A stretch of 64,000 bases of DNA, taken from Guillardia theta CCMP2712 (taxonomy: Eukaryota; Protista; Cryptophyta). The translations under genes were made by a program, and so were the position numbers. Positions 29,590-42,353 of this stretch are shown one piece after another. The notes beneath the pieces were generated by a model. That model worked only from the letters and a program-made list of their open reading frames with translations, was not told where the DNA came from and made no database searches. The stretch's first letter is position 1. Each line of letters opens with the position of its first letter. The stretch spans positions 381,985-445,984 of the forward strand of contig NW_005434637.1 of the NCBI RefSeq assembly GCF_000315625.1. The letters run 5' to 3'.

Positions 29590-32343
29590 ATGCATACGGC
29601 GGTGGGGAGCGGTTGTCGGCAGTTGGAGGCGGCAGCGGCGGGGAGATATGTCGAGACTGTAGCTAGCATGAGGATGGCGAAGACAAGGGGGGAGGATGAG
29701 GAGAAAGAAGATGATGATGAAGGTCATGAGGAGGAGGAGGAGGAGGAGAGAGGAGAGAGCAACAGGTTAGGTGAAGCCGAGACCGGTCAGGATCTGAATG
29801 AAACCGCCCATCTGTTCTTGCCGCCTCCAACTTTCCACTGCGTAACTACTTGTCTCTTTGTCACGATCTTCATGTCTTATCGTCCATTTCAGCACGTCGC
29901 GTTCGAGGATGACCAGGAAGGGGAAGAAGAGCGAGCGAGCAGACTTGAGCGGGCGGAGCTGAGCATGCGAAGGCTCCTGGCGAATCAGGTGAGTTCAGAC
30001 TGGATGTAGTACACCAACATCTCACTGGTACCGCGTGTAGATCCGTGATATCTACGCGCTCCTCAATTCCATGAAAGGGCTCCCCGACGACGAAGGCTTG
30101 AAGGCCCTGATAGCGGACGCGGAGCTTGCCACGTTCACGGCGTTCCAAAGGGAGATATCGGACCTTCACGAGAGCATGCAGGATATGTTTGTTCAGAAGC
30201 TGAGAGATCAGATCGAGACGCGGAGGACTGAGATCCAAAATGATGTGAACCAACAGATAATGACGCAGAGGAGGCGGTACTTGTCCATTATGCGAGCGTG
30301 GGAGCGACGGAAGTCGGAAACTTCAGCTCGCAAGCTCTCCAAGCACTTTCATGTACACCCATTCAGCTACACTCTTTGCAGGAACTCTGATGATTGTTCC
30401 CTCCAGGTGGGTTGCAAACCTTCGATTGCCGATTGGACTTGCATGCAAATCTCTCCCGGCGTGAGCCCGTTGCCTCTTTGGCTCGCACGGCTGCGATGCA
30501 ATGTGGTGCGTGCAAGACACTTGGTTTATGCTCCTCTCCTTCTCCGGCTCGCTCCTTCTGCTCCCTGTCCTCTCCTGCTCCTGCTCCTTCCTCCTCTATG
30601 TGGTTCCCGTTCTTTCGACAGGCTTATGCTCTCGCTATCAGGTCGGACTGGACGCGGATGAGGAGATAGTTTACCGAGCGCAACACCGGGCAGCCTCTGC
30701 CGGCCTGATTGAACGATGTGTCTTCGTGAAAGGAGAGCTTTCGAGGCTTGCCCGAGAAGAACCCTTCTCCTTTCTTGACGTTAAACGTGCATTGAAGAGA
30801 TTCGTCTCAGGAGGATTCGCGGAGTATTCCGATGTAGTGATGAGAATGTTAGAGCAAGAGGCGCAGGGCTTGACACCAGCCGCTGCCCAGCACACCTCGT
30901 GCAAAACTCTGATCCTGCAACATATCCTTCTGGAGCAGCGAATAAGGGACGAGTCAAGACCTCTTTCCCCTGCTGTTCCCCAGCAGAAAACAAAGAGCTT
31001 TAACGGCGACTTTGACCTTGTTGTTGTACTGGATGCTGGCAGCGCTGCAAGCATTCTAGAATCTCCAGAGCAGCTTGAGGTGGTTGAGAAGCTTTTGACT
31101 GTTTCGTGATTAACCGAGCTGCACTGCAAGGGGATGAGAAAGATGATAAAGCCCGGAGGTCTATTGTTCCTTCTTTGCGGCAACAACAGGTGGGGAAGAG
31201 ATGGGGAGTTCACCTATGATGACTTCAATTAACAGAGAGCCGTCCGATGGTGTTCCATCGTTCTCCAAGCAGCAAGTCTGCATGCAGTTTGCTCGCTCGT
31301 TTGATCAGGGTGATAAGACGGAAACGTGCGTGTGATAGACTGAGAAATTTCATCAGAAGAGATTTTTGAGACGAGGTTTGACATGGAACAAGACCCGTCA
31401 TTCTCCTCCAAGCCTGTTCTTGCTTGGTGCGCTCTCTTCCGCCGTCGGCTTGAATTGGATGCAAGTGAGTTTGGGAGGGTGAAAGTCTCCCTGCTCACTC
31501 AGAAGTCTCCAGGGTCTTGGAGGAGCGTCGAGGACGCCTGGGGTGAGCTGAACGAGGCTCTGCGACCTCGAGCAGCAGCTGCCGTATCCTTCGATTCCCT
31601 CATCGACCTTCTCTTGCGAGATGCCTGCCAAGTTCAGCGGCCCCTCACGATCGCAGCGATGAATGTGAGGAGGAGCATCTCCCAAGTCTCGCAGGTGGGA
31701 GGGAGCAGCTTCGGGGCTTCTCGGCTGATCTTTGCGCAGTGGTTGCGAAGGCTGCAGGATGTGGCAGAGCAAACGAGGAGAGACAAGTTGTTCAAAGACG
31801 GGAGAGAGATAGGAGTCGTTCTCTATGACTGATGGGGCCTGCACAATATAGGGTTTACCCCCACATCGTTGTGAAGGTGTGCAGGTGAGGGAAAGGCTGT
31901 GATGCCACAAGGTTGTGATGTTTGAAGGAAGGCTTCTAGAGCTTGACTAGTGCGCTCCAAGTTACAACTGGAATCAATCTGGTTGGTTGACTTGTTTCAT
32001 GGAATACTGTGCGATGGTATCACAAGCTTTTCTTTCAGATGCCATTTTCCAACTCTATGGCAGCAGCGGCTCGGTTTCTCTTCCTCCTCAATCGAATGCA
32101 AAAGACCAGAGGGCCTTCTTTGGGTCCACAAAAATCTCTGCTTCCCATCCTCTCTCAAGCGGCACATGGATCCTTCCGTCCAGCACCTTCAAAGGTGCTT
32201 GTCAACCTTGCAGAAGGGGAGGGGAGGGGAGGGGAGGGAACTGGATAGCAAGGATAGAATCTGCAAGAGGCAAGCGTGTGAGGGTACCAGTTTTGTGTTT
32301 TTGCCAGCGGAGTGAACTGTCACGCGCTTACAGATGCCTGTGA
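29590..32343 (+). CDS. Hypothetical multi-exon protein with a coiled coil and a degenerate class-I SAM-methyltransferase-like segment
   Basis: GLDADEEIV..AQHRA..AGL.ERCVFVKG, FDLVV and LRKMIKPGGLLFL resemble MTase motifs. No clear GxGxG; both ends uncertain. Confidence 0.45.
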
Positions 32344-34664
32344 AGTTGGAGGCAAAAGAGCGTCAGTTGTCAGTGAACAGCGACTATGTTCGTCCTCCTC
32401 ACTTCTCAACGACGAATAGTCAATGTTTTCCTGCCCATCGCCCACTAAAGTTGCCTGGAGGGACATGATTGGTTCCTCCTCTTCCTCCTCCTCCTCCTCT
32501 TACCTTGCTCGGACTCTGCCCCTGCCAAATGCAGAGACCCTTCTCGTTCTGCCCTGGATTGATGATCGGCTCCCTCACCTTCGTCACATTCTCCTTGAGC
32601 ATGCAAGAAGGCCAGCAAGAATTCTCACCAGCATCTGAATCTCCTCCGAGTCTGGCGGGAGAAGGTCGTGGGAAGCAGCCTCGTTGGCAGCTGAAGAAAC
32701 AGCGCCAGCATCCTGAGAGAAAGATCAAAGAGAGAAGGGTCGGGAGATAAGTGTTACAAAGCCGTTGCTGAAGATGTTGTCTAGTTTGATCTGGCTGTAG
32801 ACCCTCTCTATTCCTCTCAGGACCATAATCACCTGTTTTTCTGACAGTCACCGTGTGCTGGTACCCATTACAGTCTAATCACATCTTGTGGGTTGATCTT
32901 GGAAGCCTCCGAGGACCAGGCGGTTGTTCCAGTCCCAGTGCTAGTCGCAGATTCATATCATCCACTGTCATTCTGCGACTCAAGTCTTACCTGATGAGAA
33001 TCCCGCTGCACTTGTAGCTTTCAAAGGCATCATCGTCGGCTCTGACCTTCAGGGGCTATCAACTTCTATCTTGTGTCACTTTCTGTGCTTACTCTTAGTA
33101 TAGAGGTCCGGCATGGATCTTTTTCACCGACAAATACCTGCCAAAACTTTCAGACAGAATCAAAAGCTGAATTATGATGAAAAATGGGCTCATGAACTGG
33201 AAAAAATCAACGGCTCTGGTATGGGAGCTGGAAAATGACTTGACCTCATTAAGAGCCAAGTTTTCAATGGTATGAAGGTCTTCGCTTGATGATCCTAGAG
33301 TGTTGGCCTTGGATAATCTGACAGTCAAACGATTTCGTTTCAACCATCTGCCAGAGTCGTGAACCAAAAACTTTCATACTTGAATTCGACCTGAACTTCC
33401 CCTCCTTCAGGCGCTGAAGTGCGACTCCAAATGATGATGCATCCATAGCACAGAGTTTGCTGTGATGGAAATGAACAATCTTGCAAAATGCTTCTCAGCA
33501 AAAAAAAGTACCCTCTACTCCTTGTTGGGTCTGTGTTGATCCCAATCTTTGCATTTTGACGTCAGAGAACAAAAGGATTTCAAAGCAGAAACCTGAGGCA
33601 AAGCAGATTTGTTTTCCAAAGCCTGTGTTTCAAGCATCAAGAACATCTTCTGGTTGATCTCCTTATGCTTACAGCGCGTAGGAACGTTCCATCTCCACCG
33701 GCTGATATCAGGATATCATACTTCTTCCCGTTTAACAACTCTTGTCTCCTGCTGAAGAGCAGATGGTTACCGAAAACATTCAAACATTGCTTTCATGCCA
33801 AGGGCCCAGGACTTACGCGCTGTTCGTGCGTGATGATGAACTGGGATCATCCGGATCGTCCAGTGAGCTTGTAAAGCTCTCACCTTCATCACCCGTCAGT
33901 GCAGGACAGCCAGTGATCCAGTCTAAAGGACCAGAGGTCAAGATAGTATACTCGATGCCGAAATCCGTGAGAGTCGTTGTAATCTTGTTCAAGGAGTCCA
34001 TTTGAACTTTGTGAGACTTCTTCACCAGAGCCGAACTGAAACCCTGCCACGACATGTCAGTTGCGTTCAACCATCAGCAAAGTTGTAATCCGACCTCCTC
34101 GTCCAGAGTCTTGTCGACAAAGTCGAGCTCGGGCTGTGTTATGTCCGCCCATCGCTTTCCGCATATCCGACTGCACAAACCACGTTCAGGATGGTGTTTC
34201 CTCGGATCAGAGGAGACGCGCAACCTTGCTTCGTCCTGATACCTCGTGACTTTGGTTATGATCTGAGCTCGTTCGATCTCCAGGGGCATCGGAGTTCGGT
34301 CAGACATACTCTTGTACTTGTTAGGAGAGACGTGACGATGCCTGGCTCCGTTCACAGCTCCCCAGGACCATTTGACATAGAGCCGGTTCGGGTTGGAAAC
34401 CGATCCTTTCAGCCTTCGCTCATATGCCGAAGTCAGGCCTCGCGAGGACCCATCATAGTACGCCGTGGTATGATGGCTGCGTGCTGACGTTGGGCTTCGT
34501 GGGGAGCGGACAAGCTCTTGGTGAGAGGAATAGAAAACAACAGGTTGCAAAGAGGTCGTGTTTAGGGAGCAGAAGGAGGAGCAGAGGGAGGAGCTAAAGC
34601 ACGATGACATTGTTCTGCTGCTCAGTCGCTTCATGCTTCCAAAGTTCTTGGCCGCTGCCGCCAT
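32088..34664 (-). CDS. NADK2: NAD kinase, mitochondrial NADK2 type (many exons)
   Basis: IITKVTRYQ, ISAGGDGTFLRA, GINTDPTRS, LALNEV, KCSGILI|STGTGTTAW, VREPI, C-terminal VLDG...ALWSFAFD*. The N-terminus is Ser/Arg-rich like a transit peptide. Confidence 0.88.
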
Positions 34665-35627
34665 TCTATGTCTACGACGCCAGGTGTAGATCACCCCACC
34701 CCTACAGATCCCAACAAAACTACCCCTCCTCTGAGATTCCGTCTCCCTCGTCGCTTCCTAGAGACGCTATCCTCCGCCCGGCCCCCGGGGCCGTGACCCT
34801 CTTGGCACCTGTTGCACTGAGACCGCCGGGCCCGGCACCGGCCCGTCCGATCACGGTGCACTAGTGAACGGGCCGTGGCAGGCGCCTAACCTCGGAGTCT
34901 CCGGCCGACTCAGCGATCGGCCCGCAGTACTACCGTAGGCCGGGCCGGCTGAGTCCCGGATCGGACGGCCCGGCGGGCCGCCGCGGGGCCCGGGCCGCTG
35001 GTAGACCGCGCCGGAACTCAGGCTCAGCCCCGGCAGGACATGTACTCAGCTTTGAAGCGATAAGCTGGTTATGAGCTTCACCTGAAGAGTCGCACCACCC
35101 TTATTGAACCCCAGACGACGAAAGCCTTCAACAGGGTGGTGGGTGCCGTGACTTTTTTATAAGCATCTGGGGGTGGGTAGTGCAGTAATTCTTTCCCCTC
35201 AAAGTCGACACACGTATCAGATATGGTGGGGTGGTCTTGCTTGTCTCCAGGGTGGGTAGAGGTTAGTTATATCAAAGGGGTGGGTCCTTCAGTGTTGACC
35301 TGAAGAGTCGCCGCCGACATGGCCGAGGTGGGTGCAGTTGAGCCAAGCTGAACTGGAATGGGAGGGGGGAGGGAGGCCAGAGAATGGAAGCAGGGAAGCG
35401 GGGAGAAGAAAGAACAGGGAATGTCTTATGGATGGAGGATGCAGATTGATGTTGCTGACTGAACATGATCACCGATCTTGTTTTGTGAGTCAAGATTATC
35501 CCTGAAATTGCAATGGAAGGGTAGTGATCCCTAGTTTCCATCTCTGCTTCATCATGAACATTTCTCCCGAAATTTCAAATTTTTGAATGCCCAATTTTTG
35601 CCACAGGAGAAGAAGGAACAGGGCGGT

Positions 35628-36507
35628 ATGCCGGAGCTGAAGCTTCCGGACATTTCTATGCCGGAGTTCAACATGCCCGAGATCAAGATGCCGACTGATT
35701 TCAACGAAGGCAGTGCACAGCTCGTCGAGATCCTCAAGCCTGTCGAGCAGCTTTCCCCTATCAAGTTTGGTCAGATGCACACTGTCATCAAGGACATGTA
35801 AATGCCTTCGGTTGCGCAAAACAAGCTGTGACCTGTGATTCGAAGGAACAAGGAAGCCGGAGACGCCATTGCTAACTATGTTGTCTTCGTGCAGGTCAGT
35901 TTATCCTGTGTCAAGATGCTTTCTGTTGTCTGATCCTACATTGATCAACAGATCATCTTCCTTCTGCTGTTCGTTGCCTACTTCGTCATGGGCGTCATCG
36001 CTGTCTGCGTTGACTTTGCTGCCATGGATGCTCCTTGCGCGGCTCAGTCATGGGTGTGGTTGTACGTTCTCCTCGTCGTCATCATCCCCACTTCCTTGGG
36101 CTTCATCATGTTTGCTGTTGAGGCTGTCTTGAAGTCCATCGACCTGAAGAAGAACGTCGGATGGGAGGTTCCCTCCGTGTTCTTCTCCTTCCCCAGCCCG
36201 ATCGTGTACATCGTGTTTGGCATCCTTGGCATTGTACTCTGGAGCAACATGGGAGATGAATGCGACAAGTTCTACTCCACGAACCATGGAATGCTCCTCA
36301 CCATGTTCCACATTCAGGTATTTGTCTTTGATAACGTTGATTGCAACAACTCTGCACGTGCCTGTGAGTCGTTGATCATCCTGTTTCCTACAGGTTATTG
36401 TCATGGGCGTTGCCGCAATTTTGGGTGTTATCACCGTCTGGTCCCAGGCTGTCCAGTTCATCACCTCGTTCTTCACCAAGACTGAGGAGAGCGTTAAGTC
36501 TGCCTAA
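35628..36507 (+). CDS. Hypothetical ~4-TM membrane protein (start may lie upstream)
   Basis: Spliced hydrophobic helices (IIFLLLFVAYFVMGVIAVC; WVWLYVLLVVII; IVYIVFGILGIVLW; QVIVMGVAAILGVITV). Confidence 0.6.
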
Positions 36508-36724
36508 TTCTTTTGAAATTCTGCATCAGTATCCTCGTGTTTCTAAGGCGTTCAGGAGATGGAGTAAATTAAGACTTTCTGATGCATTGCTTCATCGAAC
36601 ATGTTTGCCGACTGTGCGATCACCTAATCATTGTGGGGCTGATCTGTAATAGTTTATTCAAATAGAACGACGATCACGCTCTGCTCTAGATCGTTAACAC
36701 GAAAGCCACTCGCAGCATCTTCCT

Positions 36725-37162
36725 TTACTTGAACGCTGCCACCATCCCCCCGCGCCCGCTCTTCGCAAAGTTCGCCTGGCATCCGTAGCTGTGGCAAGTA
36801 ACCGACCCGTGGCTGTCCCAGCCGTTGCCCGAGGTCACTCCCCTGCCTCCGTCCTTCCCGTAGCCGACTCCGATCCCGAGTCCCTGCCCCGTCATCAGCT
36901 ACTCTCCTCCTCTCCCTCCTCCTGGCCTCCCTCACCGCTCCGAGCTTCGACATCTTCGCGCTCAGCTCGTCGGCACCAAGGTGCCCGATCTCGTCGAGGG
37001 ATGGACCTCCGACAAGGCGGGAGCCATCGCAGTAGGACTGAGTGCACGACACGTGGACTCCGACGTCGTTGCTAGCAGCATTCCTGCACACGCCCATCAG
37101 GTCGTCATGGTCAGGGCAGGAGGAACGGCAGGGAGTCATTACCAGAGCATTGAAAGAAGCAT
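36725..37162 (-). CDS. 108-aa Gly/Cys small protein, copy 1 (3 exons)
   Basis: Two GT-AG introns give MLLSMLWNAASNDVGVHVSCTQSYC...GSVTCHSYGCQANFAKSGRGGMVAAFK*. Homology with copy 2 ends just after the stop. Confidence 0.75.
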
Positions 37163-37977
37163 GATGAAGACGGAGGAAGAGGAGACTGAGACAAGGGTGC
37201 GGCGTTAGTAACGGGCAGCACGAGCGAAGGATGTTGACGAGGATAAAAGTTTAAAGATAGGTCGTGAAAGGGAGCATCGTAAAGGAGGTTCCAAAGGAAA
37301 GTTCCAGGCTGGGTTGCTGAAGGCGAGGCCAGACGATAGCTATACCTATCCTCCTATCTTGGATAATACCCCCACCCCCCATCTGCCTCCTTGCCTTCTT
37401 TGATCCCTCCCTTGCTCCCTCCCTGCACCCTCCCTTGATTCCTCGTTGCTTGCCCTCCTGCCCGCCCCCTGCACCATGATGGTGGTTGGGTTGCGCTGAA
37501 GGGGCAAGTGTGTAGACCCCATCCCCGCTCATTGCATGTATTTTTGCAAACCCGCCTCAGAGGACCCAAGTTTGGTGTGCTGAATGAGGGTCTTTCTATG
37601 ATTGTCCCTTCGCTGAAAATGTACACGACACAGCATGGGCGATGTTGGCTACGGCGGTTGTAGATGGTTGGGGTATGGATTGAAAGAAAGAGAAGGAGGA
37701 GGAGGAGGATCGTTGAGCAGGGAGGAAGGGGAAGGGGAAGGGGGAGTTGGGGAGGGAGCACGAGAGAAAAGGAGAGATAAGTAGAGAGAAGGCAGGCATT
37801 AAGGATAGAAAGCTCTTGACGAGACGAACGTGATGTTAACGATTCCCTGTATTGTCCTTCTGAGTCAAAACATTATGAGAGAGATCATTAGCTACGAAGC
37901 AAACGCGATTGGCGACTGGTCTACCTTCAAGATTGAGTATCTGACGCTGCACCCTTGTCTCAGTCTCCGTCTTCATC

Positions 37978-38415
37978 ATGCTTATTTCAATGCTCTGGTA
38001 ATGACTCCCTGCTGTTCCTCCTGCTCTGACCATGACGACCTGATGGGCGTGTGCAGGAATGCTGCTAGCAACGACGTCGGAGTCCACGTGTCGTGCACTC
38101 AGTCCTACTGCGATGGCTCCCGCCTTGTCGGAGGTCCATCCCTCGACGAGATCGGGCACCTTGGTGCCGACGAGCTGAGCGCGAAGATGTCGAAGCTCGG
38201 AGCGGTGAGGGAGGCCAGGAGGAGGGAGAGGAGGAGAGTAGCTGATGACGGGGCAGGGACTCGGGATCGGAGTCGGCTACGGGAAGGACGGAGGCAGGGG
38301 AGTGACCTCGGGCAACGGCTGGGACAGCCACGGGTCGGTTACTTGCCACAGCTACGGATGCCAGGCGAACTTTGCGAAGAGCGGGCGCGGGGGGATGGTG
38401 GCAGCGTTCAAGTAA
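37978..38415 (+). CDS. 108-aa Gly/Cys small protein, copy 2 (3 exons)
   Basis: Same exon structure as copy 1 (MLISMLW...MVAAFK*), with an L/I difference at residue 3. Confidence 0.75.
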
Positions 38416-39244
38416 ACCATAGCGCTATGGAATCGCTGAGAGCCAGTTTTGACCGTACTCGCCAATCATTCAATAAAGGAAACTACAATGTGGCACCGTG
38501 ACTGCGAGGCTGATGATCGCCCTGGCCGGGCCACCGCTCTCAGTCTGAGGGCCGTCACGCACTGCAGAGGCCGGAGTCGGATCCTGGCCGGAGCCGGCCC
38601 GAGGGCCTGCCAGGCTGCCCGGGGAGTCGGACGGTCGGCCCGGCCGGGCGGCGCTGCCGCGTGGGTGTGTTGCCAAGGTTCACTGTCATCCGGTCATGTT
38701 GCCGTTGAAGTTCCGTGGCCACGGAACTTCAACGGCGTGACGCCGCCGGCCCGGCCCCCGGGCGGCGGCATTCTGAGTAGCTGAGCCTGTGCCAGAGTGA
38801 TGCTGACAGAATGTGCCCGACTCTGAGGCGAGTCAGCGAATACTTGTAAGGAGGAAGGAGAGGTAGGATGGGAGGAGAGAGCGAGCGAACATGGAGAAGA
38901 GCGAGGATGGAAGGAAGTGAGCGGGAAGAAGGGGAAGGAGGAGGGCCGGAGCGATCATGGCTGGGAGATGACGTGTCCGAGAGGAGGATGTGAAAACGGA
39001 TCGGAGCAGACGAGCGAGCTGAGAGGGAGATGCGGGAGGGACTTTTCTGGGTCACAACGCCTCCTTCAGCAGGATACAGAGAGCAGAGAGCTCATGAGGA
39101 AAGGAGAGGTGGTAGAGTAAGAAGAAGGATGCACTCTGCGAGTACCAAGGAGGGGGCTTCAAGTGAAGGCTGGAACGAAATGCGCTGAAACAAGTTGTTG
39201 TTCTTGGAGCAACCAAACTCAAAACCACTCAGTGAAAGACTAGG

Positions 39245-39973
39245 ATGAGCACAATATTCATCCTCCCAAAGAGCATGTTTTGCAAGCAATCTGTCTATCT
39301 CACCGTATTGCTGTGCTTGAACAACGTTGGAGGGCTGAACTTGTACAACCTCCCATTCGAGGCTGCAGACCAGTCTGCCCTACGAGTTGGACCACAGCCC
39401 GGCAGCAAGCCAGGAGGGCTGCGGTTACGAGGAGGAAGAGACTTGCTGCGGATCGAAAGGCTAGAGAATGACATGTACAGGATGGGCAAGCACGTCTTCA
39501 ACTCTCCCGCAGACGCCTACCGGACTGCTCAGGAGCCCTACTTCGTCAAGGCCCCGGGCTCCATCTTGAATCCAGCCCATTGGTTCACTTTCTTGCGCTA
39601 CCTGCTCGTCGGAGATCCTCAGAGGACCGTGGGGATGAGAAGAGTGAACACTGATTCACACTCGGGCCCTCTGGTCATGATCGACGGGGCTGACGACCTG
39701 GCGACTGCCCTGCAAGGTTCCGGCCTCCCACAGCAAGTTCAGTTTGCACTCCAGGCATTCTTGCTCTACCCCATCGTCCTTCCCATAGTGGAGCTCGGCT
39801 TCAAGGGGGCAGCAGATGATAGGGAGGAGAATCAGGCAGAGGCCAAGGACGCGAGAGCTGACGTGGAGCTGTTGAAGTCTTCCCTCCTGGCTATGCTGCT
39901 CCCTAACGAGAGTTTGATGGGAGAGAGCGACGCTTGGGAGGCCATGCAGAGGCTCAAAAGCAGTGCCGATGTA

Positions 39974-40007
<34 letters not shown>

Positions 40008-42201
40008 TGGAGATGCCAAAGTTGATGGGGACGAAGGCAGCTGGAGCACTGGCAGGGACGAGAGTCAACCAGTCCAAGGAGGTTCCAAGGAGCAAGGGAG
40101 AGAGGCCCACGGAGGAAGGCAGTAGCACGCTGTCGAAGCAGTACCTCAAGTGGAGCCTCAGGAACAGATGGCAGAGGAGGAGAAACCAGATGTTGGTCGG
40201 TGAGCACTTCCAGGATGAGCAGTTCGTCGAGGACGCTATCACAGTCCTCTCGTTCCTGATGCACCGGACGAGCCTGGATGCTCCACTGCAAGGGAAGGGG
40301 AGGGAGGAGGAGCTGAGCATGAGGGAGAAGGACAAGGAAGGGGCAGCAACGGCGCGTGTGCAGGCACACGATTGGCCCAGTGAGAGCGTCTTGGAGCAGA
40401 TGGTTCGCCTGCTGGCAGCGCTTGACGGGGTGGTGACGAAAGCATGGGAGCCGAGGGTGCGGGCGGACCTGACGAGCCCTCTCGCCATGTTCGCGACAGC
40501 GACTATGTGGTGGTCGATGCTGTGTCATGAGCTCGCAGCCTTCAGCGGCTTCATCCAGCAGCTCACGCAGACCTCCGCCCTCTCCTCCTTCGCCACCGCT
40601 TGCAAGACAGTGGCCAACTGGATGCTGCCGGTTGGGCAGCTGGGGATGTCGCTGTACGGGCTGTCGGTGGGGATCAACGGGGTGCGGGAGGCCTTCGAGC
40701 TCGCTGAGAAGAAGGAGATGGTGCGTGAGTCGAAGATGCTGGACAAGTTCAGCGAGACGAAGACGATCCTCCTCCGCCAGCTGTCTCACCTGGCCCAGTC
40801 CACCTTCCTGTCCGAGATCCTTGCCGGCTTCCTGCTCTTCTTCGGGCAGCTGATGATGACAATCGGCTGCCAGGACATCGCGGGGAAGATCTACTTCCTT
40901 CTCTTCGGGATCTCCTCCTCGGCCGTCGCCATCGTCATGAAGACCTACATCGATCTAGACACCGAGAAGAAGTTCGGCTACGACGAGGACATTCTCTCTG
41001 TCCCGCAGATCCTCATCAACCATGTCCCCAAGACCATCGCTGTCTGCTCCCACCAGTCTGACTTCCGTGCCATCGCCCTGGTGCAGGCGAAGAGAGAGCG
41101 GCTCCTGTGGAAGCTCGCCTGGATGAAGGCCCTCACGCTCATCGATGGGAAGGAGGAGGAGGATACAAGGAGGAGGGTGGCGGCAGGGGACCTCTACAAG
41201 TTCGACTACGACCTGGAGCTGAGAGAATTTCTCCACATGATCCTCACTCACGCTGACTCCTGCTCGATCTTTACGAGCCTCAAGCGGCTGCACGCGGACT
41301 CGAAGCACAAGAGTCGCAGGCAGCAGGACCCTCTCCTCGTTGCCCTGAGCTGCATCACCGCGATCAAGGCTCTTCAAGAGCTGCCGAACCCGTCAGGATG
41401 CATCGACGAGGATGAGTGCATTGCCGGAGAGAGCGAGGAAGGATTCTACGTCAAGGTCGTCGCAGACAAGCTCGAGCAGAACGTCATGCTGTGGATGACT
41501 TACCCTCGCTCCGAGATCCTGAACCTGGTGAAGCCTCCTCTGTTTTCTCTGCCCTCTCTCCCCCTTCTCCGATCTTCTTTTCTTCCCTTCTTCGTCTACA
41601 TTCTTCTTTGATTCGTTCCTTCTGCACTGACCCTCTCTCCGTTCGTCCTCGCCCCTCCTCCCTCTATCGCTTGATTTGTCTCGTCTCACTCCTCCTCCAG
41701 GTCCTGATGGGCATGGAAGATGAGAAACTCATCGACGATGTCCACTGCCTCGTTCTCAAGGACATCCTGGTGGACCAGCGGCTGCCGCAAGCAAGCTTTC
41801 CTCTCTGTGGGAGGAGAAGTGCGGGGAGCCGAGGAGAGGTAGAGGAGGACGAACTGCTCTCTTCCTTTCTAGACGTGGTCCCTTGCTACGAGGAGCGATC
41901 GATCAAGGTCCCGGGATGGCAGATCTACAAGTACCGGCACGGCAAGCACGCGTACAAGTTCCTGCAGGCAGAATTCATGCTCAGCCTCTACCGCTGCGAG
42001 ATCGACTCGCTGCCTCGTCCGCGCCACCATGCTGTGAAGCTCCTGGCCTCCTCCCTAGAGCGCGGCATCTTGCGGACCATCACGTGGGGTTGGAAGCAAA
42101 GAATCCGGTCCAAGATCGGCTGCTACAACGAGGTGCTGCTGGAGATGCTCCGCGAGCTCGACCTGAGGAAGAAACTCTTGTCGCCGGCTCTTGGTACATG
42201 A
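39245..42201 (+). CDS. Large orphan multi-TM protein with signal peptide and LRLRGG (one intron ~41529-41700)
   Basis: 788-aa ORF plus an in-frame second exon; hydrophobic N-terminus YLTVLLCLNNVGG; several TM-like segments. Confidence 0.7.
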
Positions 42202-42353
42202 GGACAGGGGAGGGGAGGCGAAGGAAAAGGTGGGAGGAGGAAGAGGAGGAGGAGGAGGAGGAGGAGGAGGAGGAGGGGGAGGAGGAGATCCAAACCCAGT
42301 CATCTATATGTATCTAAGTGTATTGAAACAAACATCTTCCACTCTGCAGGATG

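Larger units (their letters stand above)
36724..38416. repeat. ~480-bp inverted repeat (arms 36724-37205 and 37944-38416) with ~740-bp spacer
   Basis: The arms are near-identical reverse complements; the ORF track shows mirror-image ORFs. Confidence 0.95.

Noticed and set aside
36654-38501. Unspliced 161-aa and 223-aa ORFs, or reading the inverted repeat as transposon TIRs
   Set aside because: The spliced 108-aa model explains why homology ends at the stop codon. I saw no transposase in the spacer and no target-site duplication.
39656-40789. 377-aa minus-strand ORF (similar cases at 9438-10499 and 21220-22281)
   Set aside because: Antisense shadows of GC3-rich coding exons.
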